This document shows, piece by piece, positions 38,901-47,860 of a DNA stretch of 64,000 nt; within the stretch, counting starts at the first letter, position 1; the number at the start of each line of letters is the position of its first letter. Made by a program: the position numbers and the translations under genes. Under the pieces are notes generated by a model. It was not told the origin of the DNA. It searched no databases and was given only the letters and a program-made list of their open reading frames with translations. The stretch spans positions 1-64,000 of the forward strand of contig CAMAVZ010000007.1 in NCBI GenBank assembly GCA_945861645.1, written 5' to 3'. Source of the DNA: Opitutus sp. GAS368 (GTDB lineage: Bacteria > Verrucomicrobiota > Verrucomicrobiia > Opitutales > Opitutaceae).

Positions 38901-39357
38901 CTTTCCCGGCTATTTGAAAGATGCAGAAAAAACGGCCGCCGCTTTCAAAGATGGCTGGTTTATCACCGGCGACCTCGGCCGTTTCGATACCGATGGATTT
39001 TTATATATTGAGGGTCGGCTTTCGCGTTTTTCAAAGATTGGAGGCGAAATGGTACCGCACGGTACCGTGGAGCAGCGCATTTGTGAAGCCTTTGGTTGGA
39101 CCGATGCCGATGGCCCTAGCGCTATCATTGTCGGCGTGCCCGATACGGCCAAAGGCGAGGCGATCGTTTTACTTACCACCCAAGCCGTGGTGGTGGGGGA
39201 GTTGCGCACGAAACTCCTCGCTGCGGGCCTGCCTAATTTATGGATTCCAAGGCAAATTCATCGCGTGCCTAAAATTCCTATGCTCGGAACGGGGAAGACT
39301 GATTTAAAGGGTTGTCGAATCCTCGCGCTTGAAGCGAGCCGACTGCCGGTGGATTAG
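35917..39357 (+). CDS. aas: MFS (LplT-like) - PlsC acyltransferase - acyl-ACP synthetase fusion (Aas-like)
   Basis: N-terminal MFS (GWLADRFSKR), NHLSYVD and FPEG, AMP-binding FTSGSSGEPKGV, YGLTE, TGDLG, RFSKIGGEMV. Start moved to ATG 35917. Confidence 0.9.
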   Translation: MKFPRVSLAALIGAQAQITFNDCAAKFMLIALAQQLARQAGTDPKPLIALIAALLISPYILLGPFCGWLADRFSKRTVINGALVLQVVAMGLVVGALWLKLFWIVLAAFFLLSVQTAILAPAKRGILLEYVGPEKLSRYVGYMEMSAVTAVLVGSFAGGWLFSHWLSLGADPWRAALLVSVVLWFLAGVAWGIFQLAQPTPAQTQTPFTWRLLVQHLSLTAEVHGDRPLWRATLGICFFYGIGGFIGVLLPQVAYEMTAGGARTGAISSGMLLMLGVGTLGGNLFAGLFSRRGVELGLAPLGGSLLAGALLGLGFTPPGTGLFTGLLILAGFASGLFLVPLYAFIQNHAGQHRRGRILAGVSLLDSLAGLGVSGLYWLVASEAMLGWSAPTQFFALTGCTLLMVAYGLWHLPHQTVCTIMRLIGPLFYQVKAKGRGHVPAAGALVICNHLSYVDAVVLQIASPRPLRFVAFAGFSKSPALRFLFRAAGIIPVNANKPMKGIRLAAEAAKRGELVCVFPEGTISRTGQLMELSRSFERIAELAQVPVIPAVIDGLWGSIYSFAGNRYLWKSPRLLPTAVCVIFGQPLLPGQSDRAHARRALLDLAEEAFQERPILRRHLAREVVRSLARRPRHLEIIDRTAERRTMTAGQLLAVAAALSRHIVRHIPEQRVGIVLPPGLGAHITNLAVACANKTPVNLNFTAGRSAIESSLRLGEIKTVITADALRVRIPDFPFPAHTLDLKTELGAMGGKRAIFPWLVAAWLLPNQWFADLLGLPREGDRAEAALLFTSGSSGEPKGVVLTHRNILANCAQISSLSILPDTAVVLGCLPIFHSFGFTATLWYPLLRGCRVVTVPSPLDTRKIAESIQQEKATVLLGAPTFIRPLLKKATKEELQSLDLVVTGAEKLTLDLYEGFLAAFGIEILQAYGLTETTPASNINQHHPAATTLHPHPQIGKKVGAVGRLMPGMTARIVDPDTGAELPMVETGMLWMRGANVFPGYLKDAEKTAAAFKDGWFITGDLGRFDTDGFLYIEGRLSRFSKIGGEMVPHGTVEQRICEAFGWTDADGPSAIIVGVPDTAKGEAIVLLTTQAVVVGELRTKLLAAGLPNLWIPRQIHRVPKIPMLGTGKTDLKGCRILALEASRLPVD

Positions 39358-39438
39358 CGGGCCGGTGGGGTGAAGCAAAGGCCGGGCACGGTATCGCTAT
39401 GCTTGCACGTTTGGAGCCAGTAATTATAAAGTTCGTTC

Positions 39439-40875
39439 ATGTCCGCCCCGCACACTGTCGCCACTCGCCAACTCAAACGTCGCCTCGGCGCCCGCGTCGA
39501 TGTTTCAGCCGCGGGCTGCTGGGCTGCTTCCTTCGATAGCAGTAAGATCTCTTTTCTCCCTGTCGCGGTCATCACGCCGCAGGTAGAAACCGATATCGGC
39601 CTCGTGCTCGTATTGGCGAATAAATATCGCGTGCCCGTTACCGTGCGCGGTCGCGGGACCACCTTAATGGGTTCCGCTGCTCCCGTGCGGGGCGGCTGGG
39701 TGCTGGATATGTTGAAATTAAACAAAGTGGTGATCGATGGTGATGCGGGCATGGCCTACGTCGGGGCGGGTGCGACGACGGCTGAGGTCCAGCGCGCCGC
39801 GGCCGCTCAAGGTTGGTTTTATCCGCCGGATCCGTCATCAAAGGAGTATTGCACCATTGGCGGAAATATCGCGTGCAATGCTGGTGGTATGCACGGGGGA
39901 AAATATGGCGTCACCCGAGATTTTGTCATCGCCCTTCGCGGTTACCTGCCGACCGGCGAATTGGTGCAGTGGGGCACGGCGACCAAAAAATTTGCCGCCG
40001 GATTTAATTTGCGCGACCTTTGGATCGGGAGTGAGGGCTTGCTCGGCGTGGTGACTGGCGCCGTGCTCAAACTGATTCCTCAGCCCGCCGCTCGTTGGAC
40101 GCTCTTGACCGCTTTTACGGACGAAGTCGCCGCGCTAAAAGCTGCGCGCCTATTATTTCGAGCGCGGGTGCAGCCCGCGATTTGTGAGTTCCTCGATCGC
40201 GAAAGCGTCCTCTGCGCCGAGCGCGCCACCGGGCAGACGGTGTTTCCCGGACAACCGGGTCGTCCGATTATTCTCCTCGAACTCGCCGGTACCGTGAGTG
40301 AGGTCAAAGATCTGCAGCGGGAAGTACTGACGTGGGCCCGCGCTCAGGCGCTCGCCTACCAGGAGGCACGCAGCCGCGCGCAGGTAGAAAAACTCTGGGC
40401 GGTGCGGCGCAAGTGTTCCGGTGCGATGTTCGAATTAGGTGACGCCAAGCTGAACGAGGATATCGTGATCCCCATGCGCAACTACGTTAAATTCGCTAAA
40501 TTCCTCGCCCGTTTGAAAAAAGATTCCCGCTTACCCATTCCCACCTTTGGCCACATCGCGGACGGTAATCTGCACGTCAACATTATGTATCACCGCGCCA
40601 ATGCACTCGAGACCAAGGCGGCGGAGGCGGCGGTCCAGCAATTGATGGAGACGGTCGTGGCGATGGGCGGAGCCATCTCCGGTGAGCACGGCATTGGTCT
40701 CGCGAAGACACCTTTCCTGCGCCTGCAACACAACCCCGCGCAGGTGAAGGCGATGCTGGCCGTAAAAAAAGCACTCGATCCGCGCGGCATTTGTAATCCC
40801 GGCAAAATGTTCTCGGTCGTGCGGATTTGGAAATTCCCCAAACTAGCCATCCAACTGCCTTGGGACCATAAATAA
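39439..40875 (+). CDS. FAD-linked oxidase, GlcD / D-2-hydroxyacid dehydrogenase family
   Basis: RGRGT, YPPDPSS...TIGGNIACNAGG...KYGVTRD, GSEGLLG, FGHIADGNLH, SGEHGIG, DPRGICNPGK. Confidence 0.9.
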   Translation: MSAPHTVATRQLKRRLGARVDVSAAGCWAASFDSSKISFLPVAVITPQVETDIGLVLVLANKYRVPVTVRGRGTTLMGSAAPVRGGWVLDMLKLNKVVIDGDAGMAYVGAGATTAEVQRAAAAQGWFYPPDPSSKEYCTIGGNIACNAGGMHGGKYGVTRDFVIALRGYLPTGELVQWGTATKKFAAGFNLRDLWIGSEGLLGVVTGAVLKLIPQPAARWTLLTAFTDEVAALKAARLLFRARVQPAICEFLDRESVLCAERATGQTVFPGQPGRPIILLELAGTVSEVKDLQREVLTWARAQALAYQEARSRAQVEKLWAVRRKCSGAMFELGDAKLNEDIVIPMRNYVKFAKFLARLKKDSRLPIPTFGHIADGNLHVNIMYHRANALETKAAEAAVQQLMETVVAMGGAISGEHGIGLAKTPFLRLQHNPAQVKAMLAVKKALDPRGICNPGKMFSVVRIWKFPKLAIQLPWDHK

Positions 40876-41161
40876 TAAAGTGGGGGCGCACTCCCGGCCG
40901 ATTACGCTCCAAAGTAAGTTCGTGGCATTAAGTCAACGGTCACTTCACCTCAGCCGTCGGTAATCTTTTAGTGTTTTACCATTGCCGAGCATGGGGCCGC
41001 TCCCTCTAGATTGTGCTTCAATTTGAACGCTATTTCACCCGTCATTTGTCGTCTGCGCATCGTACAATTTGCCCCTGCTTACGTCGGCGCAGCGGGCTAG
41101 CTAGCATTCCAATTTATTCTGCCACCTCGCCCTCATCGGCGGGAAAATATCTTATTACTCA

Positions 41162-44100
41162 ATGTATCTTAAGGCGCTAAAACTCCACGGTTTTAAAAGT
41201 TTTGCGGACAACACGACGCTGAGTTTTGAGCCTGGCGTGACGGCGATCGTTGGGCCCAATGGCTGCGGCAAAAGCAATATCGCTGATGCCATCCGCTGGG
41301 TCTTAGGCGAGCAAAGTGCCAAGGCCCTCCGCGGTGGAAAAATGCAGGACGTTATTTTTGAGGGTGCGGATACGCGCAAAGCCGCACAATTCTCCGAGGT
41401 CGCCTTGGTCATGACCGACTGCGAAAAGCAGCTCGGCTCTGATTTTCATGAAATCGAGATTATGCGCCGAGTGGCGCGCGATGGCATGGGCGAGTATTAT
41501 TTTAACGGCCAGCCTTGTCGGTTAAAGGACATCAATAAATTGTTCATGGATACCGGTGTGGGCCGGACCAGCTACTCGATTATGGCGCAGGGTCAGATCG
41601 ATCAGATTCTCTCATCAAAGCCAGAGGAAAGGCGGGTCGTGTTCGAGGAAGCGGCGGGGATTACAAAATATAAGAGCCAACGCCGTGAGGCCATGAACAA
41701 GCTGGCGCTGACGGAGCAAAATCTGGCGCGCGTCTCGGATGTGATCAATGAGGTCGCGCGCCAAATTGGTTCCCTGAAACGGCAAGCGGCCAAGGCCATG
41801 CGTTTTAAGCGCGTCAGCTTCCATTTGCGCCACTTGGCGCTGGCTCACAGCAGTCACCAATTTAATCAATTCAGTGCTGCGCTCACGGAGTTGGATGGTC
41901 GGGTGTCCATCCTGCGCGGAGAGGCTGAGATCCGCCGCACTTCACTGGAAGAACGCACGCGCTCGCTCGATGACAAAAAATTGGCGCGCAGTTCACTTAA
42001 TCAACGGGTCCAAGACGCTCAGCAGGCGGTGTTTGATCTTCGCTCCCAGAAAGAACAGGCGGAAAATGCCGCCGGTTTAGCGCAGGTGAAGCGCACGGGT
42101 CTGACGGAACGCATTGCCTCAAGCCAGGATGATTTAGCGGAACTCGAGATGCAACTCCGGGAGCTCGCCTCGCAGGTCGATACGGGGGCACAAGATAAGC
42201 AAATGCAGCTCACGATGCTCGGCAGTTCCGATGCCGTCTTTCAGGATCGTAATCGTGAGTTGGCCATCTTCGAAGGCGAGTTGACCAAGGCCGAGCAGCA
42301 GCTCAATGCTGAAAAATTCCACCTTTTGCAGGTCGAAAGCGCGGTCGCGCGCCATCGCACCGAAAGCTCCGGGCTCGAGGTTGACGCGCGCACGAGTCAG
42401 AATAAATTTGATCAACTCTCGACTGAGCTCGCACAGTTGCGGGCGGCCGTGGTGCTGGCGACTGACACCCTCGCGCAAGTGCGGGCCCGAGTAGAGGAAG
42501 CGCGCGCCGATCAGAGCAGGAGCAGTAATGAGGCCCAAGCAGCTCAAGCCAGCCTCCAGGCCGCCACCCAAGATTTTCGCGAAGGCCAACGTAAACTTCA
42601 GGAGATTGATCGTAATTTAGCGCAGAAAACTGCCCGCTTGAAATTGCTGCAACAGCTGCAGGAAAAGTGGGAAGGTTTCGGTGAAGGGGCCAAGGCGTTG
42701 CTGCAGGGGCGTTTTGTCGCCGAGCTCGGTGAACAGAAGTTTACCCCCATCACCTCGGGACTCGAAGTGCGCGGCGAATATGCCAAAGCGCTGGAAGCCC
42801 TGCTTGGTTCTTCCGTGGAGGCGATTGCGGTGGCCGATCTAGCCACCGCCCAAAAAATTCTTACCCGGCTTGAGGGCGATCAGATTGGCAGTGTCTGTTT
42901 GCAAATTGCCGAACAAGGCAGGGGTAATAGCGTTGCGGGCGGGAGCTTACCGGCCGGTCTGCGGCCGGCCACCGACGCCATCGCCAATCTCGAGCCCACC
43001 CATCCGGCCGCGGGCGTACTTTCCGCGTGCTATTTGGCCGATGACCTCGATGCCTTTCTTGATTTCTGGAAAGCTAATCCCTCCTTTAGTTTTCTGATGG
43101 TCGCGACGGCTAAGGGTGATCTCGTGGATCGTCGCGGGCTCATTTTTGGCGGCTATCACAAAAAGCCGGCTAATAGCATCGTGCAGCGTGAGGTTGACCT
43201 GCGCGAAACCGGCAAAGCGGTCGTCACGGAATCCAAAGCCCATGATGCCCAGCGCGCTCTCATTGAGCAGCTAAACACGGCGTTGGTTGAGGCCGAGGCT
43301 CGGCTCGAGCAAAAACGCAAGGATGTGCTCGTCGCTTCTCAGATTGCCGCCTCGAACACGACGGAGGAGAAAAATGCCCAACGGGCCCAAACTGACGCGG
43401 CGCAACGGCTCGCGCGCTTGGAAAGCGAGCTAGCCAATCACCAGCGTGATCATGACGAGGCGCTGAGCCGTCTCGCCCAGGCACAGGTATTACTGGCCGC
43501 CGCAGAGGCGAACGTCACGGCGCAGAAAGAAAAAATTACTGCGACGGAATCCGGTATCACCGAGAAGCGCACCGCGCGTGATGAGAAGAAAGAAATTTTG
43601 GCTGCCGCCCGATTGGAACTAGCCGAGCGTCGGCAAAAAGTGGAGGTCCTGGATCGTGGCTTGAGTGAAATGGGCCGCCGTCGGGCCCAATTGGATGAGC
43701 TCTTAGTGCAACGCCAAATTGAGCTGGAGACCTGGACTGAGCAGGTCGCTCAGTTGGAACAAGAGACTGCCCTACAACAAAGCCGCGCTGGCGAAGTGGT
43801 CACAACCCTCGCGGTCGCGCAAACCAATGTGGAGCAAGTCCGCGGAGAACTTTCGACCGTTGAGCAAGAAATTGCGGCCGTTGAACAGGGCATGACCTCC
43901 ACTCGCAGCGAAGCGGAGACCTCCCAGTCAGAATTATCTAAATATGAAGTAAAAGTGGCCGAGACCCGGGCGCGGGTCCAATTCCTGACGGAGGAAGTTA
44001 GGCGTGAGTTCCAGACGGAGGTGGCTGGTCAGGACTGGAAACGGCTACTGTGGCACGCTGATGATGAGCCTGAAGGGCTCCAGGCACTCGATCTCGATGA

Positions 44101-44959
44101 AGAAGAAGAGTCGGCCAACGCGAGTGGAGAAGTAGCCGCTGATCAGGCGACGGCGCCCAAACGCCGTAAGAAGAAAGAAAATAAGGGCGAGCCCACGGCA
44201 GCTGGTTTAGCGGCGTTTGATCAACACAACTGGGCGGAGGTCAAGGCTGAGGTTGACGCGCTCCGCCAACGGATAGGGAGCATGGGCGCGGTTAATTTGG
44301 TGGCGATTGAGGAATATGCCGAGCTCAAGCAGCGTTATGAATTTCTCAAAGCGCAGAGTGACGACTTAGCGAACGCCCAGGCTCAGCTGTTGAAGGCAAT
44401 TGACGATATCAACCAGACGTCGTTGGAGCAATTTAAGGTCACCTTTGATCAAATCCGAAAAAATTTCGCACACACTTTTCAGATTTTATTCGGTGGCGGT
44501 CGCGCGGAGATCGAATTGGTGACGGCGGAAGATCCGCTGGAAAGTGGCATCGAAATTGTGGCGCAGCCCCCTGGCACTAAACTTAAGGGCATCACGTTGC
44601 TATCGGGCGGCCAAAAGACGCTGACGGCAGTGGCTCTTCTGTTTGCGCTCTACATGGTGAAGCCTTCCCCCTTCTGTTTACTCGACGAGTTAGACGCGCC
44701 GCTCGACGAATCAAATATTCACCGCTTCACGAATTTGCTGAAGCAGTTCGTGAAAGAGTCGCAATTTATCATTATCACCCACAACAAGAGCACCATCGCG
44801 GCGGCCGATGCGATCTTCGGGGTGACCATGCAAGAGCGGGGCGTCTCGAGGACGCTTTCAATGAAATTTGATCGATCGAAGGGCGCAGCTGAAGTCTTGC
44901 CGGTGATCATCGCTGACGACGTGCGGAGTGCAGCGCCCAGTGCGCCCGAGCAGGCTTAA
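41162..44959 (+). CDS. smc: Chromosome segregation protein SMC
   Basis: GFKSFAD, GPNGCGKSN, FEEAAGI, coiled coils around a hinge, PPGTKL...LSGGQK, LLDELDAPLD, IIITH. Confidence 0.97.
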   Translation: MYLKALKLHGFKSFADNTTLSFEPGVTAIVGPNGCGKSNIADAIRWVLGEQSAKALRGGKMQDVIFEGADTRKAAQFSEVALVMTDCEKQLGSDFHEIEIMRRVARDGMGEYYFNGQPCRLKDINKLFMDTGVGRTSYSIMAQGQIDQILSSKPEERRVVFEEAAGITKYKSQRREAMNKLALTEQNLARVSDVINEVARQIGSLKRQAAKAMRFKRVSFHLRHLALAHSSHQFNQFSAALTELDGRVSILRGEAEIRRTSLEERTRSLDDKKLARSSLNQRVQDAQQAVFDLRSQKEQAENAAGLAQVKRTGLTERIASSQDDLAELEMQLRELASQVDTGAQDKQMQLTMLGSSDAVFQDRNRELAIFEGELTKAEQQLNAEKFHLLQVESAVARHRTESSGLEVDARTSQNKFDQLSTELAQLRAAVVLATDTLAQVRARVEEARADQSRSSNEAQAAQASLQAATQDFREGQRKLQEIDRNLAQKTARLKLLQQLQEKWEGFGEGAKALLQGRFVAELGEQKFTPITSGLEVRGEYAKALEALLGSSVEAIAVADLATAQKILTRLEGDQIGSVCLQIAEQGRGNSVAGGSLPAGLRPATDAIANLEPTHPAAGVLSACYLADDLDAFLDFWKANPSFSFLMVATAKGDLVDRRGLIFGGYHKKPANSIVQREVDLRETGKAVVTESKAHDAQRALIEQLNTALVEAEARLEQKRKDVLVASQIAASNTTEEKNAQRAQTDAAQRLARLESELANHQRDHDEALSRLAQAQVLLAAAEANVTAQKEKITATESGITEKRTARDEKKEILAAARLELAERRQKVEVLDRGLSEMGRRRAQLDELLVQRQIELETWTEQVAQLEQETALQQSRAGEVVTTLAVAQTNVEQVRGELSTVEQEIAAVEQGMTSTRSEAETSQSELSKYEVKVAETRARVQFLTEEVRREFQTEVAGQDWKRLLWHADDEPEGLQALDLDEEEESANASGEVAADQATAPKRRKKKENKGEPTAAGLAAFDQHNWAEVKAEVDALRQRIGSMGAVNLVAIEEYAELKQRYEFLKAQSDDLANAQAQLLKAIDDINQTSLEQFKVTFDQIRKNFAHTFQILFGGGRAEIELVTAEDPLESGIEIVAQPPGTKLKGITLLSGGQKTLTAVALLFALYMVKPSPFCLLDELDAPLDESNIHRFTNLLKQFVKESQFIIITHNKSTIAAADAIFGVTMQERGVSRTLSMKFDRSKGAAEVLPVIIADDVRSAAPSAPEQA

Positions 44960-44968
44960 GTGCTGGGA

Positions 44969-44992
44969 CGGGGCGCCCATGCGGGTGCCCCG
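44969..44992. terminator. Hairpin between convergent smc and the PilB-like gene
   Basis: CGGGGCGCCC-ATGC-GGGTGCCCCG stem; no clear U-tract. Confidence 0.45.
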
Positions 44993-45000
44993 AACTCACG

Positions 45001-47193
45001 TTAGCTAATTAAATCAGGGGGCACGTTGCTGAGGGCGTCTTCCATGGTGGTGAGCCCCATTTTGACTTTCAGCATCGAATCTTGGTGCAGCGTCTTCATG
45101 CCATTTTTCATGCAGACACGCTTGAGATCGGCGACCTCGACTTCCTTGTTAATGGCTTCGACGATGGCCTCACAATTGACCATGAGTTCATGAATGCCGA
45201 CGCGGCCCTTGTAACCGTTGCCGCCGCAAATATGGCAGCCTCCCGGAGCCGCTTTATAAATTTCAAAAGGACCAGCTTCACCGAGCGCTTTGGTGAGCAG
45301 CGCGAGTTCACGACCTTCTGGAACATACTTAACTTTACAATTTTTGCAGACACGGCGGAGAAGGCGCTGGGCGCAAACGGCGACCAAGGCAGCCGAGATG
45401 TTAAAGGGTTCGATGCCCATTTCTCCCATCCGTGCAACCGTCGAAGGCGCATCATTGGTGTGCAGGGTGGAGACGAGTAAGTGACCGGTCAGCGCTGCTT
45501 CGCAGGCGATTTGGGCGGTTTCTTTATCGCGAATTTCACCGACCAAGATGATATCGGGATCCATCCGAAGGTAACAACGCAGCGCGCGCTCAAAGGTTAA
45601 GCCGATCTGGCGACTCATCTGCATTTGATTGATGCCGGCGAGGGTGTACTCGATGGGATCTTCGGCGGTCTGGATGTTTACATCGGGAGTATTTACTTCG
45701 CCCAGCGCCGAATAAAGGGTCATGGATTTTCCTGAGCCCGTCGGGCCGCAGTGTAAAATCATGCCGTAAGGCTGCCGGACGCACTCGCGATATTTAGCCA
45801 GATTTTCCTCGGAAAAACCGAGAGCGGTGAGCGGTAAAGTCGATTTTTGCTTATCCAGAATACGCATAACCACTTTTTCGCCGTGATTCATGGGGCCAGT
45901 CGCGACGCGTAAATCGATATCGATATTTTTTTTCGTGAATTTTTTGAAAATAATGCGGCCGTCCTGGGGGAGGCGGCGCTCCGAAATGTCCAAGTTGCAC
46001 ATGATTTTCAAGCGCGCGACCATCGCAAAGGAGACCTGTTTTGGCAGGCGCATTTTCTCGATGCACATGCCGTCAATGCGGTACCGGACCAACAAATCCT
46101 TCTCCATCGGTTCAACGTGAATATCCGACGCGCCGGAGACGTAAGCATCTTCGATGATGCGGTTGGTGAGTTGAATAATGGGGGCGGAATCCTCGCTTTC
46201 GAGGTCCGCGGCCTTGACCTCACCAGTGCCGCCTTCGGTGTAAGCGCCGGCAATCAGATCCTTGACCTCATCAATATCTACCTCCGTGGCATCGGATTTT
46301 TTTGCGGCCGTGGAGTCTTTAAAATATTTTTTGAGCAAGACGTCGAGCAGGCTGGCCGGAATGACGCTGACTTCATCGATGCTGAGCTCGGTCGCCATCG
46401 AGAACGCTTCCCGCTTGGCGTAGTCCAGCGGGTTAGTCATTAAGACTGAGCAGGAGTTGGATCCCGTTTTCTTGTAGGGGAAGATGCTCTCGCGCCGGAT
46501 GATCGCATCGCCGGTGATTTCGACGAGTTTCTCATCGATTTCGACCTCGTCTGGTTGGGTCACTAAGGGGAGCTCCGTGAACTTGGCGATAAATTTTGCC
46601 ATGTCCTCGGGGGTCAGTTGGAACTTCGGATCCAACATACGCTGAATGAGGGTCGAGGAGTACTCCGCCATCTCGCGCAGCACGGCGAGGTCTTTGTCCG
46701 TGAATTGGCCCTCAGTGCCGGCGGCCGGCTCCTTGTTGAGGACCTGGATGGCGCCGATGATGATGTTCGTCTTGAGTGGAACCGTGAGCATCGAGTTGAC
46801 CTCGAAGCCGACGTTCAGGTTTTTCAAACTCGCGGCCGCAGATCCCTTGCTATTAAAAAATAGCGGCTCGCCGGTCGCGATAACTTTGCCGACGTTGCCA
46901 GTGCCCGCCGGTAATTTAAGGGTGAGCAGCTTTTTAGCCGTATCCCGAAACTGCACTTCCTTGCCCGTATCACTGCCCCAGAGGGTGGGGGAATAGTACA
47001 CCTGCTTGAAGGCGATTTCCCCATTCTCGACGAGATAGAGCGTCATGGACTGCGCTTGGAGGGACTCTACTACTTTGCTCGCGGTCAACTCGATGACGGT
47101 GTTAACATCCTCGCGGCTGGGGGCCGGTTTGGAAATGACCTTGATGAGGAGAGACCGCCGGAGCGTGCCGGTGAGAATGCTAGCAGTTGACAT
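45001..47193 (-). CDS. GspE/PilB family secretion ATPase with N-terminal GAF-like domain
   Basis: [53 protein letters not shown], CxxC..CxxC. The N-terminus has GAF motifs [16 protein letters not shown] and FTDKD. Confidence 0.9.
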   Translation of the reverse strand: MSTASILTGTLRRSLLIKVISKPAPSREDVNTVIELTASKVVESLQAQSMTLYLVENGEIAFKQVYYSPTLWGSDTGKEVQFRDTAKKLLTLKLPAGTGNVGKVIATGEPLFFNSKGSAAASLKNLNVGFEVNSMLTVPLKTNIIIGAIQVLNKEPAAGTEGQFTDKDLAVLREMAEYSSTLIQRMLDPKFQLTPEDMAKFIAKFTELPLVTQPDEVEIDEKLVEITGDAIIRRESIFPYKKTGSNSCSVLMTNPLDYAKREAFSMATELSIDEVSVIPASLLDVLLKKYFKDSTAAKKSDATEVDIDEVKDLIAGAYTEGGTGEVKAADLESEDSAPIIQLTNRIIEDAYVSGASDIHVEPMEKDLLVRYRIDGMCIEKMRLPKQVSFAMVARLKIMCNLDISERRLPQDGRIIFKKFTKKNIDIDLRVATGPMNHGEKVVMRILDKQKSTLPLTALGFSEENLAKYRECVRQPYGMILHCGPTGSGKSMTLYSALGEVNTPDVNIQTAEDPIEYTLAGINQMQMSRQIGLTFERALRCYLRMDPDIILVGEIRDKETAQIACEAALTGHLLVSTLHTNDAPSTVARMGEMGIEPFNISAALVAVCAQRLLRRVCKNCKVKYVPEGRELALLTKALGEAGPFEIYKAAPGGCHICGGNGYKGRVGIHELMVNCEAIVEAINKEVEVADLKRVCMKNGMKTLHQDSMLKVKMGLTTMEDALSNVPPDLIS

Positions 47194-47305
47194 ATGTGGG
47201 GGAGGGCGGATTGCGCAAAGGTGAGGCAGAAAAATTGTCGCAGTTCATTAAAAACGCTCTTGCTTGTATGAGCGTTTTTTTGCGTGGTCGAGGGAGAACT
47301 TACCG

Positions 47306-47785
47306 ATGCTGTACTGGCTCAAAGAAAGATGGGAAAAATTAAAGCGGCCCAAAACGCTCACCACGCGGGCGGTGGCGGGGGCCCGGGGCGAGCAAGCGGC
47401 GGCAGATTTTTTAAAAAGCCGTCACGGTTTTACGGTGTTGGTCCAAAATTGGCGAAACCCGCGTGATTTGCGTGATGAAATTGATCTGGTCTGTCGTGAC
47501 GGGGCGGTGCTGGTGTTCGTCGAGGTAAAAGCCCGGGCCGTCGGTGCGCTCGTCACGGGTTATTATGCCGTGGATGAGCGCAAGAAACGGGCGCTGCGGC
47601 GCTCGGTGCACGCTTATCTTGCGGCGCTCTCGACGCCGCCACGGACTTTTCGTTTTGATGTCGTGGAGGTTACTCTTAGTGGCCGTTTACCTCCGCAGGT
47701 GATGCACTTCGCTAATGCCCCTCTTTTTCCGGCTGGTTATCATATTGCTCGGCAGAGCAGTTCGCTGGGCGAAGGCGCGCTTTAG
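47306..47785 (+). CDS. yraN: YraN family PD-(D/E)xK nuclease-like protein
   Basis: GARGEQAAADFL, NWR, EIDLV, LVFVEVKAR, RFDVV. Start moved to ATG 47306. Confidence 0.88.
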   Translation: MLYWLKERWEKLKRPKTLTTRAVAGARGEQAAADFLKSRHGFTVLVQNWRNPRDLRDEIDLVCRDGAVLVFVEVKARAVGALVTGYYAVDERKKRALRRSVHAYLAALSTPPRTFRFDVVEVTLSGRLPPQVMHFANAPLFPAGYHIARQSSSLGEGAL

Positions 47786-47860
47786 GCAGCCTGTCATACT
47801 GGGGCTGGGCTACGGGAAAAACCTTGCGGGTAACTCGCATCAGAATGAACTTGCGGGCGC

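Noticed and set aside
40876-41161. 286-bp spacer before smc as an ncRNA or small gene
   Set aside because: No convincing ORF, stable long stem or recognisable RNA motif by eye.
47306-47785. YraN nuclease as part of a defence system
   Set aside because: A widespread stand-alone gene, here in housekeeping context with no partner.
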